Notes: generated by a model from the sequence alone, not told the origin. A stretch of 64,000 nt of DNA from Octopus sinensis (GCF_006345805.1 NC_043013.1:17484001-17548000); one strand, 5' to 3'; counted from the stretch's first letter, positions 49,751 through 62,671 are shown. Made by a program: numbers and translations.

Positions 49751-50862
49751 TCACACAAAGTACATTTCAACCTGTTTGATCTCCAATCATCAGGTGTTTT
49801 CATTTGTACCAGTAATTAATTATCTGAGATTTGTTGTTAATGATATAATTATTCAGAGTAGTAAACTTTGCCTGTAGATTATGTATTTACAATGTGTATC
49901 ATCTTACACTACATTTCGCTTATTTCTGTGTGCAATCGTCAAGTGTCTTATTTTTGGATCCGTACCTTGTCCCACACTGGATCCAAACTTTGGTTTCAAG
50001 AATCTCAGACTTAATGGTCTGAAGCAGAAAACTTTCGAAATGAATCGTGAACAACCGTATTATTATTTGTTAGTTTGGTAGGAAGGATGGCTTGGGTTAA
50101 GAGTTAAAGAATGGCCAGGTCAAGATTGGAAAGTTGTAGTTGATGAAATTTTTTGGCAAGACTTGTACTTTTAGTACTTTACGTTGTTTTACAGCTTATT
50201 TGTATTGAAATTTTTCTGTGAAACTGTGAAACCATATTACCCTGTTACTTTCTCTGGAAACACTGACATTACGACTGTCAGTGTTCTCTTCATCAGATCA
50301 AGAATGGAAATAGGTAAAAAATCAAACTGATGCAAGCATAATTGTAATATAGTAAATACACTAAAGATGAAGTAGATAACCTGGAAAATATTAATATTAT
50401 TAACGAATGTTTTATTGGCAGAACTGTTAATGTCTTCAGGTACTTCTACCGGTTCTTTACCGGTCCTGGAATGCATGTTAAAAATTATCATTATTATTTG
50501 GCAGTATCAACAGGGCTAGACAAGATCCTTACTCTCCTTTATGTTGTAAGTTCAAATCCCACTATAAACAAATTGTCTAAAGCCAGCCCTAGTGCTTATT
50601 CATGAGTCTAGCGGTTGGCCATATATGGACGTGATACTTTCATCAGCAGAAAAGTAGTTGTATAAGGATTTTACAGTCTATTATCTTGATGCAGAAATCG
50701 ATGGTGTGCAGAAACATTCGAGAAATCAGATCAATAACACAAATACGTTTGACTGCTGGTAGCATAGATCAATCCTGAAAAACTTGTACACTATATGTAT
50801 TTCAATATATAGCTCGATTTTATTTTCAAGTGTCTCCTATTTTTAGTTGTACTTAATAGATC

Positions 50863-51125
50863 ATCATCATCATCGTTTAACGTCCACTTTCCATGCTAGC
50901 ATGGGTTGGACGATTTTGACTGAGGGCTGGCGAACCAGATGGCTGCACCAGGCTCTAATCTTGATCTGGCAGAGTTTCTACAGCTGGATGCCTTTCCTAA
51001 AGCCAACCACTCCGAGAGTGTAGTGGATGCTTTTTACGTGCCACCGGCACAGGGCCAGTCAGGTGGTACTGGCAATGACCTCGCTTGAATCTTTTTATAC
51101 ATGCCACCAGCACAGGTGCCAGTAA
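50863..51125 (-). mobile_element. SINE family A copy
   Basis: Very similar to 38843-39085. Confidence 0.88.
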
Positions 51126-51503
51126 CATCTCCTATGGACATACTATGTTAACACAGAAATATATCAGTAGCAGTGACAAAAATAGTCCAGCAGCAGTGAC
51201 AAAAATGCTAGCTCTACATTTATGTTTTTTTGAGGTTTTGTCAGTAGCACGTACCTGCTAGTTATGACAAAATCCATAGGAAAGCAGTGATGGAAAAGCA
51301 CTGATGTTGCAATTGGCCGAGAGAATACCGCATTTAATTTGGATTTCCATGATGTATTTACATTAAGTATGAGACACCTGTTACTATTTGAATCTAACAC
51401 TGCTTGTTGAACATAATTTCCTTAATGTACATCTTGATAATCTGTACTGGTTTTTTTAATCTGTAGTGATACATTTAATGATTCGCCATATTCCTTTCCA
51501 TAT

Positions 51504-51597
51504 CGGCTAACTCTGATGAGTGTAAAGTTATATAATTAGATTGTTACCCAGCACTCTGTTGTATTCCTAGTGCGAAACTGATTGGTAAGATTAGCCG
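51504..51597 (+). ncRNA. Hammerhead-like motif with long, irregular stem II
   Basis: CGGCUAACU-CUGAUGA(51513-19)...GCACU/AGUGC hairpin-GAAA(51574-77)-CUGAUUGG-UA-AGAUUAGCCG. Stem I is 9 bp with one bulge. Confidence 0.5.
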
Positions 51598-51615
51598 TAA
51601 TGGGCATTTAATACT

Positions 51616-51790
51616 GTAAAAAACACCCACTACACTCGCGGAGTGGTTGGCGTTAGGAAGGGCATCCAGCCGTAGAAACACTGCCAGATCTGACTGGGCC
51701 TGACGAAGCCTTCCAGCTTCACAGACCCCAGTTGACCCGTCCAACCCATGCTAGCATGGAAAGCGGACGCTAAATGATGATGATGATGAT
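51616..51790 (+). mobile_element. SINE family A 3' part
   Basis: Very similar to 34540-34710. Confidence 0.88.
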
Positions 51791-52277
51791 ATAAATTGTC
51801 CTTTTATTGTATGTATACAACACAACTTGATACGGTTTTCTTCACACATCAATAGGAAGAGAGAAATCTCGCTTAAACCTCACCTTTGTGTCTTAGAAAG
51901 GGTATTGATTAATTGAATCTGGAACACATATTTTCTTGTAGATTGTTCTCAGCACCCCATCAGTGATGATAATTTGTAACCGTCCGACTTTATAGTTTCT
52001 TGGCTATGTCTCTCAATAATTCCCCATATCGCCTGCCTTCTCTGGTTATTAACACGCCAAAGCTACGTCTTGCAGCTGACTTCCAAGAAACCAATGAGAT
52101 TTTCTGCCATCTTTCTAAAAATTACTTTGGCCACATTTTTAAATCCAATACTTCTACAACTTGTGGATATGCTTATATATATAGATATATATTTATATAT
52201 ATATATGATAGTTTAAAAAACTATGATTTTTAAAAAAAGACTATCATTCGATATATTATTCAATATTCATATTTTAT

Positions 52278-52367
52278 ATCTCTGAAGAGCAGAAGGGTTG
52301 TCTATAAATGCTTATCAATATAGGATTTCATTATAGGGACAACTCTTCTGCGAAACAATCACAAGAT
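52278..52367 (+). ncRNA. Hammerhead-like motif with 14-bp stem II; cleavage site decayed
   Basis: AUCU-CUGAAGA(52282-88)-GCAGAAGGGUUGUC...GACAACUCUUCUGC-GAAA(52352-55)-CAAUCA-CA-AGAU. It has CA where UH is required. Confidence 0.55.
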
Positions 52368-52675
52368 GCTTAAATAATTAATTCAAAATTTTTAAACTAT
52401 CGAATTTATTTTATACATTATATTTATATTTTTATATTTATTTATTTATATATATTTTTAATACAATAATTTCTTTCACACGGGTATATCTTTATGATGA
52501 GTTTGGATATTAATTTCCATATATTAATAATAATATATTATTAAAAAATATATGTGTATATATATATATATGTATATGCATATTCATCGCGGCCTTTCTT
52601 TTCTTTACTTGATTTATTGCTTTTTGTCCTTTCTTTTAACATTTTCTGACTAGCCATCCTGCATACATTAACCTT

Positions 52676-52886
52676 GTTAGAATCGTCAGCACGTTGGGCA
52701 AAATACTTAGCGGCATTTCATTCTTCTTCACGTTCTGAGTTTAACTTCTGCTGAAGTTTAACTTCCGATTTTGCCTTTCATCCTTTTGGGATTGACAAAA
52801 TAAGTACCAGTCAAGTACTGGGTCGATATAATCGACCTAACCCCTCCCTTGACATTGCTGGCCTTGTGCCAAAATTTGAAATCATT
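52676..52886 (+). mobile_element. SINE family B copy
   Basis: Matches 8205-8422. Confidence 0.75.
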
Positions 52887-53147
52887 ATTAGGTGAACAGG
52901 CTGAATAGTTAGAGCGTCAGAAAAATATCCTATGGTGTTTTGAGTCCAGTTGTCCTTGGATTCAGTAAAGCAAGGAATTGCTCAAGTACAAGGTGATACG
53001 GACCAATATCTCAAAATTGTTGGCCTTGATGCCTAAATTAGAAACCATTATTTTATAATGGATGAAAGCCTATCTTGGTCAACGAAGAACTTCCAGCCTA
53101 TTGCTCGATTTGCTACATATAGCAGCTAGATCATCAAATCACATCCA

Positions 53148-53926
53148 GATCTTTTCCTTTTGAACGGCAGTTTGTAACATAATTTCTAGATAACTAAAAA
53201 GTTTTAAACTTCATATACTGGTAGAATGTGTTTATAAAACATCATTTTCTCTCGGCTTTATTGAGAAAATTCTATAGTTTGTAAGATATTTCAATGAAAT
53301 TTCGAGCATTTCGGCAATTTTAACCAATCACTGGTGTCCATTTAGGTAAATAACATTCTGTGCATAATGAATATGTCCCTCGTTTAAGAAACAGATTAGG
53401 TTTATTTACATTTGTGAAGAAAAAAGATACCCTTCCCCCACCCCTAACCCTAACTCTAAAATAGATTGAAATGCAATAGATCGATACTAGGGTTATAATT
53501 ATGGGTGACAAATTCATACGACACCGCTAAGTTTTTTATAGCAGTGTCGTATGAAATTGTCACCCATAATTATAACCCTAGTATCAATCTATTGCATTTC
53601 AATCTATTTTAGATTTAGGGTTAGGGTTAGGGGTGGGGGAAGGGTATTTTTTTCTTCACAAATGTAAATAAACCTAATCTGTTTCTTAAACGAGGGACAT
53701 ATTCATTATGCACAGAATGTTATTTACCTAAATGGATGCCAGTGATTGGTTAAAATTGCCGAAATGCAAGAAATTAAAGACGAAATATGTTACAAACTAT
53801 AGAATTTTCTCAATAAAGCCAAGAGAAAAATATGTTTTATAAACACATTCTACCAGTATACGAAGTTTAAAACTTTTTAGTTACCTAGAAATTATGTTAC
53901 AAACTGCCGTTCAAAAGGAAAAGATC
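53148..53926. mobile_element. Large palindromic MITE/foldback: ~385-bp arms, 9-nt loop, internal (TTAGGG)3
   Basis: Starts GATCTTTTCCTTTTGAACGGCAG and ends CTGCCGTTCAAAAGGAAAAGATC; loop at 53530-53538; TTAGGG x3 at 53615-53632. Confidence 0.88.
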
Positions 53927-55094
53927 CTCACATCTTACTATCATTAAAAAAAAAAAAAGCTAGACAGATACATCAAGCAATTTTGTAGTACCTGATTTGC
54001 AAAATTACAGAATGGCCACAACTGGAACGCCTTTATTCATAGGCGTTTGCTTGATCAAGGCTAACCTTGACAACTTGCCCTGTCCTATGGTCATGGGAAG
54101 AAGAACTTGTGAAAGATTCATACAAATCAGGTTTATATTTCGCTGAGAAAAACTAACTTCAATGACGCCAGACAATTGATATTGTAATTTTTGTGTGAAG
54201 GGTTTTATGTAAAGTATGGATTGCTTTTAAAGTTTGTCTAAATATACCTCCAGTTCTTTTAGGTTATGAAATCATTAATATATAGTGTTACGTAGGTTTT
54301 TATTATTATCATCATTATCATTATTATCATTATTATTATTATTATTATTTTACCTGTATTAATAATACAGGTAAAATAAAACGAAGAAACAAATTTAGAA
54401 AGAACCAATTAGTATATATTATCTCCAGTGATTAGTTGCAAGGAAGTATCAAGGTGCGTCACGGATTTTAAAAATATAATTTAGGGGCTTTGGAAAATTT
54501 TTAATTCTTGAACATCTAATTTTGTTCTGCACAAAAATAAATAAATTAAGGTAAGCAATAATTTTTTTCGGTAAACTTGTCAAATTCATACATCAACATC
54601 GATCCTCTTTTATAAAACAGCAGGGACCACATTGAAAGGGGAAAATATGTGGGAATCCACGAATGTGTGTAAAATTTCTGAACTCTGGTATTTTATTGTG
54701 TGTAAAATCTGCTAGAAAATGGTAATTAAGTAATTTTAATTAATCAAAATAATTACAGTTTCCTTCATTGCCTCCCAGATTATTATTTATTTACACATCT
54801 GGAATCCTTGAATGTCTACAAAAATTCTAAAGTATGGTATCTTATTGTTTATAAAATATATCATAAAACAGTAATTAACTCAATTAAATTAGTCTTAGTA
54901 ATTACAGGGTCATAAATTTATTATTTACACTGCGCATCTAAATCTTGGAATGTCTACTGAATTTCTAAGGTATACTGTTATTTTGTGTAGTTAAACTTTG
55001 TAGTTATTAATGTAAAATGAAGATTTTATATGAGATGAAGAATGTAGCATGTCAATTCTATGTGGTCTCTTCACAACTTCCTGAAGCACTGCTT

Positions 55095-55618
55095 CTAATT
55101 TATAATTAAATTACTTCTTACATATGTATCGTCGTGGCATACCAGCAAATGGTTTTTACACTGAATAATAGTGGTTTTATCTCTAATTTATATTTTATAT
55201 ACTTATACTGTGAAATTTGATTTAATACTCAATTGAATTTTTCCCTGTAAGTTTGGAGTTATACTCACTAATATTATTATATTTATATATATATATAATC
55301 AACTGTACATACTCAACCTATGCGTTTTGCCTATTTGCTAGTACACTGCAGTTTAGCACAGTGGGGATGACTCCCTCAAAGCACTCAGTGTTAAAACACC
55401 TGAAAGTCATTGAGAGGCAAGACAACTCACCCCTGACCCCTAATCCCATTCAAGAGCAATGGTTACTGATATTTCTCTATTTTTGTAGTTTATCAACATC
55501 ACCTGCTCAAATTGAACCAGGAGTAAACAGAATCACCAGTCTATGATTCAATGTAAAAACCATTTGCTGGTATGCCACGACGATACATACGTAAGAAGTA
55601 ATTTAATTATGAATTGGA
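55095..55618. mobile_element. Element with ~85-bp inverted repeats (55095-55180 / 55540-55618)
   Basis: GTATCGTCGTGGCATACCAGCAAATGGTTTTTACA is mirrored by TGTAAAAACCATTTGCTGGTATGCCACGACGATAC. Confidence 0.7.
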
Positions 55619-55621
55619 ATG

Positions 55622-56122
55622 GTATTACCATTTTGGTTGATAACTGATGAAGAATTAGGGACCCTCTGCGCCTGTCTCCCATCCAGTTTTACCCTCAATG
55701 TACATATACGTTTTTTATGCGTTGTTGTTTATTTACAATGCAATTTTTGCATTTATTAAGTAACAGTACACACGCACACCCAACATTTTTAACAGTGAGT
55801 TTATACACACACACACACACATATATCTGTGTGTAATAATTTGTCAAGAGTGAAGGAATTGCTCTTTAGTTTATTTATATATGAGTATATAAAGTTTTCA
55901 AATTTTCCAAGGAAATGAAGTGGAATGAAATAAAGCTTTCTCAAGTGCTAGATAGAAAGTAAATATTCTACTTTATTTTGTTTTTGTTTCATTGGAAAAT
56001 TTGAAGACTTTCTGTATCCATATATAAATAAACTAAGAAACAATTTCTTCATTTCTGACTAACTTTTTTATTTTTACTAATATATTATTCTGCACACTAC
56101 CAAAACCATTTGATTCTTATAC

Positions 56123-56196
<74 letters not shown>

Positions 56197-56328
56197 GCAC
56201 ACATAAACAATAAATGAAAAATGTATAGGAAATAAACAAACAGCATAATGTATACTGAGGGTACAACCAGGCGGGAGACAAACACAGAAGGTCCCTAATT
56301 TTTCATCAGTTATCAATCAGTTGGTAAT
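55622..56328. mobile_element. Old MITE-like element with degenerate ~100-130-bp terminal inverted repeats
   Basis: Start GTATTACC..GTTGATAACTGATGAAGAATTAGGGACC mirrors end GGTCCCTAATTTTTCATCAGTTATCAA..GGTAATAC. Confidence 0.6.
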
Positions 56329-57024
56329 ACTCAGTTTTGTACCACTAATAATAAGACTGAGGGCTTCCCATATGGCGGCGCCTGCAACAAATTTTTTTGC
56401 AGAGAATTCAGGGCCAAGAGCAAACAAAACAAAGACAACACAGAGTGTGATTTAGGATGGTGGACAAGGACGAACAGACAAGCAAAATATGGCTTTAGGG
56501 CCAAAAAGACAAGAATAGTGGGTAACGCTTAGAAGATATCCTAAAGCATAGGTTCTCAAAGTGGGCACTACCACACCTGCCCCTGGTGGGCATTGAGATG
56601 GTGCTGGTGCCTAAGGTGGGGGTAGAGAAGAGGAAGGCAGTGGATTGGTGGTGTGCTTACGATTCTGCCTGCAAATTGCCTTTAGTCTCCTAATCTGTAC
56701 ATATCTCTAAATATTAGAATGTTACATGTGATTATCCAGTTCATCTTTACTGTAAAACAATGGGTTCAAAAATTAAAAGGTGATGGGCATGGAATGTCAC
56801 TGTTTCCTTGACTGTTTAAATGTGTCCTGGTATAAAGGATCCCATCTTGTGACCCTGATTTCTTCACCATACTTATCTAACAACTCACACCCTGCAAGTA
56901 CATACTTTCCCCCTGTTCACCCTTTTTCTGCCTTTTCCTACATTACTTCACCTGTCTACTTACACTACACCTTATTACTCCTATCGTGCTAACTACTGAA
57001 AAAAAGGAGCATGCCAAAGTAAAC

Positions 57025-57063
57025 CAGTCTGAAGAGGAGCAAGCTAAAACTTTGAAGTCACTG
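57025..57063 (+). ncRNA. Decayed minimal hammerhead motif
   Basis: CAGU-CUGAAGA-GGAGCAAGCU-AAAA-CUUUGAAG-UC-ACUG. Stems I and III pair and the triplet is GUC, but the GAAA box and stem II are damaged. Confidence 0.45.
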
Positions 57064-57116
57064 TCAACCTTGACATGGTGAAAGTTATATTTATACACAT
57101 ACATGTCTGTGTGTGT

Positions 57117-57515
57117 ATCATTATCATCATCATTTAACGTCTGCTTTCCATGCTAGCATGGGTTGGACGATTTGACTGAGGTCTGGCGAACCAGACTCCA
57201 ATCTGATCTGGCAGAGTTTCTACAGCTGGATGCCCTTCCTAATGCCAACCACTCCGAGAGTGTAGTGGGTGCTTTTACGTGCCACCAGCACAAGGGCCAG
57301 TTTGGTGGTACTGGCAATGACCATGCCCAAATGGTGCTTTTTATGTGCGGTAACGATCACGCTCGAATGATGTGTTTAACGTGCCATCGGCACGAAGGCC
57401 AGCTTGTTGCTCTGGCAACAATCTCACTCGTATGGTACTCTTAGCGCTCCACTAGCAACAGATGCCAGTCACCGAGTTTGATTTCGACTTCGATTTCACT
57501 TGCCTCAACTGGTCT
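57117..57515 (-). mobile_element. SINE family A copy
   Basis: Reverse-complement match. Confidence 0.85.
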
Positions 57516-60500
57516 TTGCAAGCAGAGTTTAGTGTCCAATGAAAAAAAGGCACGCATAAGTGGACTGGTTACACCCCTAGCATTGGCCACAAGGTTATGG
57601 TCACACTTGCGCTTGCTGAGCCTTCTGCAGCACAGCATATTTCCAGAGGTCCCGTATATATATATATATTTATATATATAAAATGAATTACTTAACTGTC
57701 TGTTTTACATCATTTATGTCTAGCCAATAATCAATAATTGTGGCGTACTTTAATATGATATGCATCGATCCTATATGGATCCCCTGTATCAAATTTATGG
57801 TATAATAGTGTATAAATCAACATTTTTTTTTTAGCCACAGTAAAACTTCAGTTCCCACCTATGTCTATTTTATGACAAATATACAAATTGCTAACAATAA
57901 AGTTTATTTCATTTTCTTTGTTCCCTGTTTGGTTTTGTTGTTATTGAATAGATCAATGTTTATAAAACACATTCATACAATATGTTTGTCAATATATAAA
58001 GCATTTTTGCAATTTCTAAGTACTGACTGACCACATTTTTTTAGCATATCATTTACGTTAGTTACACAGATTAGGAAGATCTTTTTTCAGTTTTTCCTTT
58101 CAGTTTGTTATTTTCTCACGGAATCTGTCAACAGTCATACAGGAGAGAAAATAAAAGTATTTGCCAACTTGAATGTTCTTTTTTTTCCCTCTTTTATTTT
58201 TCAGTGTGAATTTTTTAATTTCCCACCAGAGGGAACATTGAAGTTTGCTTTTCTTCATTTCCCGCAAATTTTTACTATTTGCATTTCAGGATGACTGGTG
58301 AGAGAGTAGTTTTCACTCTTGTCACAAGAGACATAATCCCATAAAGCAGGTCTCCCTGTTTGATAATGTAACAAGCTACCGTTTATGTACACCATTAATC
58401 TGTTCACTGACTTTGTAGAGTCTTCGTTACTGCTTATAATATCATTGCATCAAGAATGCATTATAAAAAATGGTTCAATTACAGCATTTGACTGGTGCTT
58501 TATTTTATGAACCACAGAAGGAAAAGCAAGTTTGGCCTTCATAGGATTTGAACTTAGAATATGAAGGGTTATAACTAAATATTCCAGTGAGTTCAACTTT
58601 GATAAAAGTGTTATATAGTATTTTTGATTTTATTCTACATTGCTGTAGTTGACGTTGTTGTCGGCCGGAAGGAATAGGTACTAGTACCTTGTTATATTGA
58701 ATTCTATCTAACAGTAGACTGGTGGGTTTTTTTAAGTTTGCAATGTATCTTGTGTTTCATACCATGAACCTGGAGCTAAGCTCTGATCCTTAAAAGCTCC
58801 TTGGAGCTGCTACCTCAGTATCTGTAATGTTAGTAGCTGAGAGCTGAACAAAATTGCAGTGTATCACATTGTCAGAAGTACTTGTACTGTATCTTAAACA
58901 GTTTGGTGAATAGGGCTACAGAGAATATAAGGTCTTGTTAAAAAAAAAAAACACTAGAATGAACTCCAAAGCCATGAGTTTCATTAGAGGCATACCTTAA
59001 CTACAAGACCATTCACCCTTTGTCGATATACATATGCTGAATGGCAGGAAAACTATTTGGGACAGAATTGAAGAATAGGATTCTTTCAGAGCATTTGATA
59101 TTTCAGAAGATTAGAACGTTTGTCTTGTGCTTCTGTTAGCAACAACACGACCACTATCTTACATGGATTTAGTTCAGCAGAAACATTAAGCTTCAATGCT
59201 GCACATCGTTGAAAATCTCATTAATTATGCAGTGCTTCTGTTGTCTACACTGTTGAATCATACATTTCAATTCAAAAGATTTCTAACAGGTAGAAACTCT
59301 TGGAGAAGAAAAATTGGATGAAGTGCTTTGTAAAGGATGTAGGAAGAAGGGTACTGTGGCATTGAGTGCTGAGGTCATGCAAAGCTTTGTTAGTTCAGAG
59401 AATCAGAGGCTGTTGTTGTAGAACTGTTTGCGCACTTGTGTGTGTGTGGAGGGGGTGAGAGAGAGGGGGGGAGAAATGATATGACAGCTGTGAATAGTAA
59501 CTATGAAGCAATGCCTCCCTGAGGACTTTGATTCGTCTTTCCTTTCTGCTCCCTTCGGTCAGCAAACAGTCAGTAACTGTCTTGATAAATGCTAGGTTTT
59601 CCATGGAATTTTAATGAAGAAAACAAAATCAGTTTCTCTGTTAACTTCTTGCTTCTGCTAAATACTGTCAAGTTGGCCACACCTACCTGGGGGGATCAGA
59701 ACATAAAAGAGCAGGAACAAATACCACAAGGTATTTTGCCCAGTGTTCTTACAATTCTTCCAGTTCACTGTCCTGATCTGTTCTTCATTTTATTGAACCT
59801 GCAGGGATTAAAAGTAAAACTGACTTTGAGATTTGAATCCAGAACAAATACTGTAAAATATTCTATGCAATAAAGAATGTAGGCAGCAAACTGGATGCCC
59901 ATATTCTACATTCTTTAGAGGGAGTATCAAAATTGTTTGGCTTTGTGGGCTGGATTAAAGCATAAACTAGATTTCAGGGATCAAATCAGAACATTTATTC
60001 CTAAAACCCTATGTAGGCCAAAGTAGGTAGATAAAGAAGTCAATGTAACTTATTACAACCTCATTAGCAATACAGAAAAGAAAGAATATGAAGTGTTAGC
60101 AAAGTTTTGTATGTAGAAAATTTATCCATGTGATGTCTGAATGTGTATGATATGTGCACATGCATACAGACCAATTAAGAGTCCTTAGAGTGAGGATGGA
60201 GATAGAAATTATCCAAATGAATGGATACAATTCTTAAGACCAATGTTTCAGAGAGAGCTTGTGTTGTTTCCACTGCAAAATGTGTATAGACAAAGTAAAG
60301 GGAAAATAGATCATATATTTTAGTATATGGGTTCATAAGCTTCTTTTTTATTGGTTGTGATTACAAAAGACCCCTATGGTTAACTTATTGGGCTAATCAG
60401 AACCAGTGTTAATCACAACTCTAGTCAGTCAGGCTTCAACTCTGAACACATTCTAACAGAATATTTTAAAAACTAAAAACATATCTTTTTCTTTTATTTG

Positions 60501-61239
60501 TATAAAATGGAGCCTGGGGCCAGATCAAATTATTGATGCAGGTTGGTTTTGGTCCACAAGCTATGCTTAATACCTCTATTTTGCAGTATCCTTACAAATA
60601 AAAGCCAACTCTATCATCTGTAACCATTTAATAACTGTCTTGCCATCAGCATCATCAGCATCATCCTCTTCCCCAGTCCCACTGACGCTGGTATTATTTT
60701 CATCTCCTCATTACCATTTTATTATTCGTTTTCTAATAATGATAATTTTATTTTTTACTTTGCAGACCAACTTTTATTTATATTTTTATTTATTCGTAAA
60801 TGCATTTATTTAGCATTAAATAAAAATGTGTTAATTCTTAATTGATTAATTATCACTTAGAATGCTATTAAACTAATCAAGATTATCTCCAATTCAGCAG
60901 CATAATTTTTTTCTTTTATTCTTTCTATTTTGCTATTACATATTGCGTTTAATCCAATTTAGTTTTCTTGGTATTTTTCGTAAACCTGTCCAATTACCAC
61001 TAAATGTATATTAGTATCGTAATCTTTCCCTCCTCCTCCATCTCTCTCCCTATTTGCACACACACACACACACACACACAGCTATATCTATCTATCTACA
61101 TATATCTATCTACCTACCTAACCTGCCTGCCTGCGAACCAACCAACCAACCAACCAGTGATTGAAACCATTGGCGATATGTTGTGCTTGAGATGGCTCAT
61201 CAAGTCAATTTATATCATAGTCATTACTAGTACCAGAGA

Positions 61240-61437
61240 CATGTAAAAGGCACCCATGCCAGTGACACATAAAGGGCACCCACTACACCCTTGGAGTGGT
61301 TGGCATTAGGAAGGACATCCAGCCATAGAAACCAAGCCAAATCAGACAGGAACCTGGTACATCTCTCTGGCATACCAGTTTTAGTCAAACCATCCAACCC
61401 ATGCCAGCATGGAAAGTGGATGCTAAATGACGATGAT
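61240..61437 (+). mobile_element. SINE family A copy (older)
   Basis: Body and tail match. Confidence 0.78.
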
Positions 61438-61961
61438 TATGGTGATAAAAAAGAGACAGACAAACAGACAGAGAGAGATCTGTATATGTATATCACCATC
61501 ATTTTAACGTCCACTTTTCCATGTGTGTATATACATATATATATATGTGTGTGTGTATATACATATATATGTGTATGTGTACATGTGTGTCACTTTTCAG
61601 CCCATCTCACTCTCCATGGTCTCTGTCTTTTCTGCTTTCCTCTTAATCTTTCTCTCTCTTCTTCACCCACCCCCGTCCTTTTCTATCCCCCTCCTCACCT
61701 TCCATTTATATCCTTGGTTAGTGGTTAGTCTCTGTCGTTCTTCATGTTCTATTTAACCTCGCTGATCCTATCCTCTTACATGTCCACTAAATCTGCCCTC
61801 CCAGTTCAGCATCATTTAGCACCAATAACAGTTTATCATTTAATTACTCTTTAATCGTCAATTTACCTGGAATGTAAGTAATTTTCTTCATGGCTCTCTG
61901 CACATGCTTCTCACTTTGCCTTCTCTTCTCTCTCTCTCCCACTTCTTCCCCCTTCTCACTA

Positions 61962-62003
<42 letters not shown>

Positions 62004-62214
62004 ATGTGTATACAATGGCTCAGGTTTAGCTGCGTTGTAAGAACTTTGCTTCCCACACACATAATTTCAGGTTTAGATATACTGCATAGCACCTTGGGCT
62101 AGTGTCTTCTATTATGGCCCCAGCTCAACCAAAGCCTTGTGAGTGGATTTGGTAGATGGGAACTGATAGGAGTCAGTCATGTATGTATGTATATGTTTTA
62201 TATATATATATGTC

Positions 62215-62500
62215 CTGCCAATGCTAGTGCCATGTAAAAAGCATTCAGTTCACACTGTAAAGTGGCTGGCATCTGGAAGGGCATGCAGCTGTAAAAACCA
62301 TGCCAAAACTGAACTCACCTGTGCTAGTGCTATGTAAAAATCACTCAGTCCACTCTGCAGGTAGGTTGGTGTTAGGAAGAGCATCCAGCCATAAAAATCA
62401 TGCCAAAACAGATACAGAAGTCGGGTGCAGTCTTTGCCTGGCCAACTCCTGTCAAACCACCCAACCCAGGCCAGCATAGAAGATGGACATTAAGCGATGA
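62215..62500 (+). mobile_element. SINE family A copy (older)
   Basis: Two degenerate modules plus the tail. Confidence 0.75.
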
Positions 62501-62671
62501 TATATATATATATATATTAGAAAAAAACACTTTTTATCAATTCAAAATAAAAAAATTAAATTGCGCCATCTAGAAAATTACATATAATAGAAATATTAAA
62601 TATACGATAAAAAATATACCGATGATTAAGTAATGTGCAAAATAATAAATAAAACGTATATATTTGGTAGA

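Noticed and set aside
50237-50491. Minus-strand ORF with hydrophobic stretches and plausible splice sites; nearby 53-nt candidate at ~49968-50020
   Set aside because: No recognisable family and no consistent phase chain with other exons; splice-like signals are common in AT-rich DNA.
55565-55605. CACGACGA-UAC(AUAC)GUA-AGAA resembling a hammerhead in the 55095 element
   Set aside because: Both core boxes deviate, and they deviate the same way in both arms, so this is not decay of a canonical core.
58104-58250. Candidate second exon for the 42976 gene containing HTGEK
   Set aside because: No C2H2 Cys/His spacing around the linker-like peptide, no good donor, and the frame runs into T-rich sequence and a stop.
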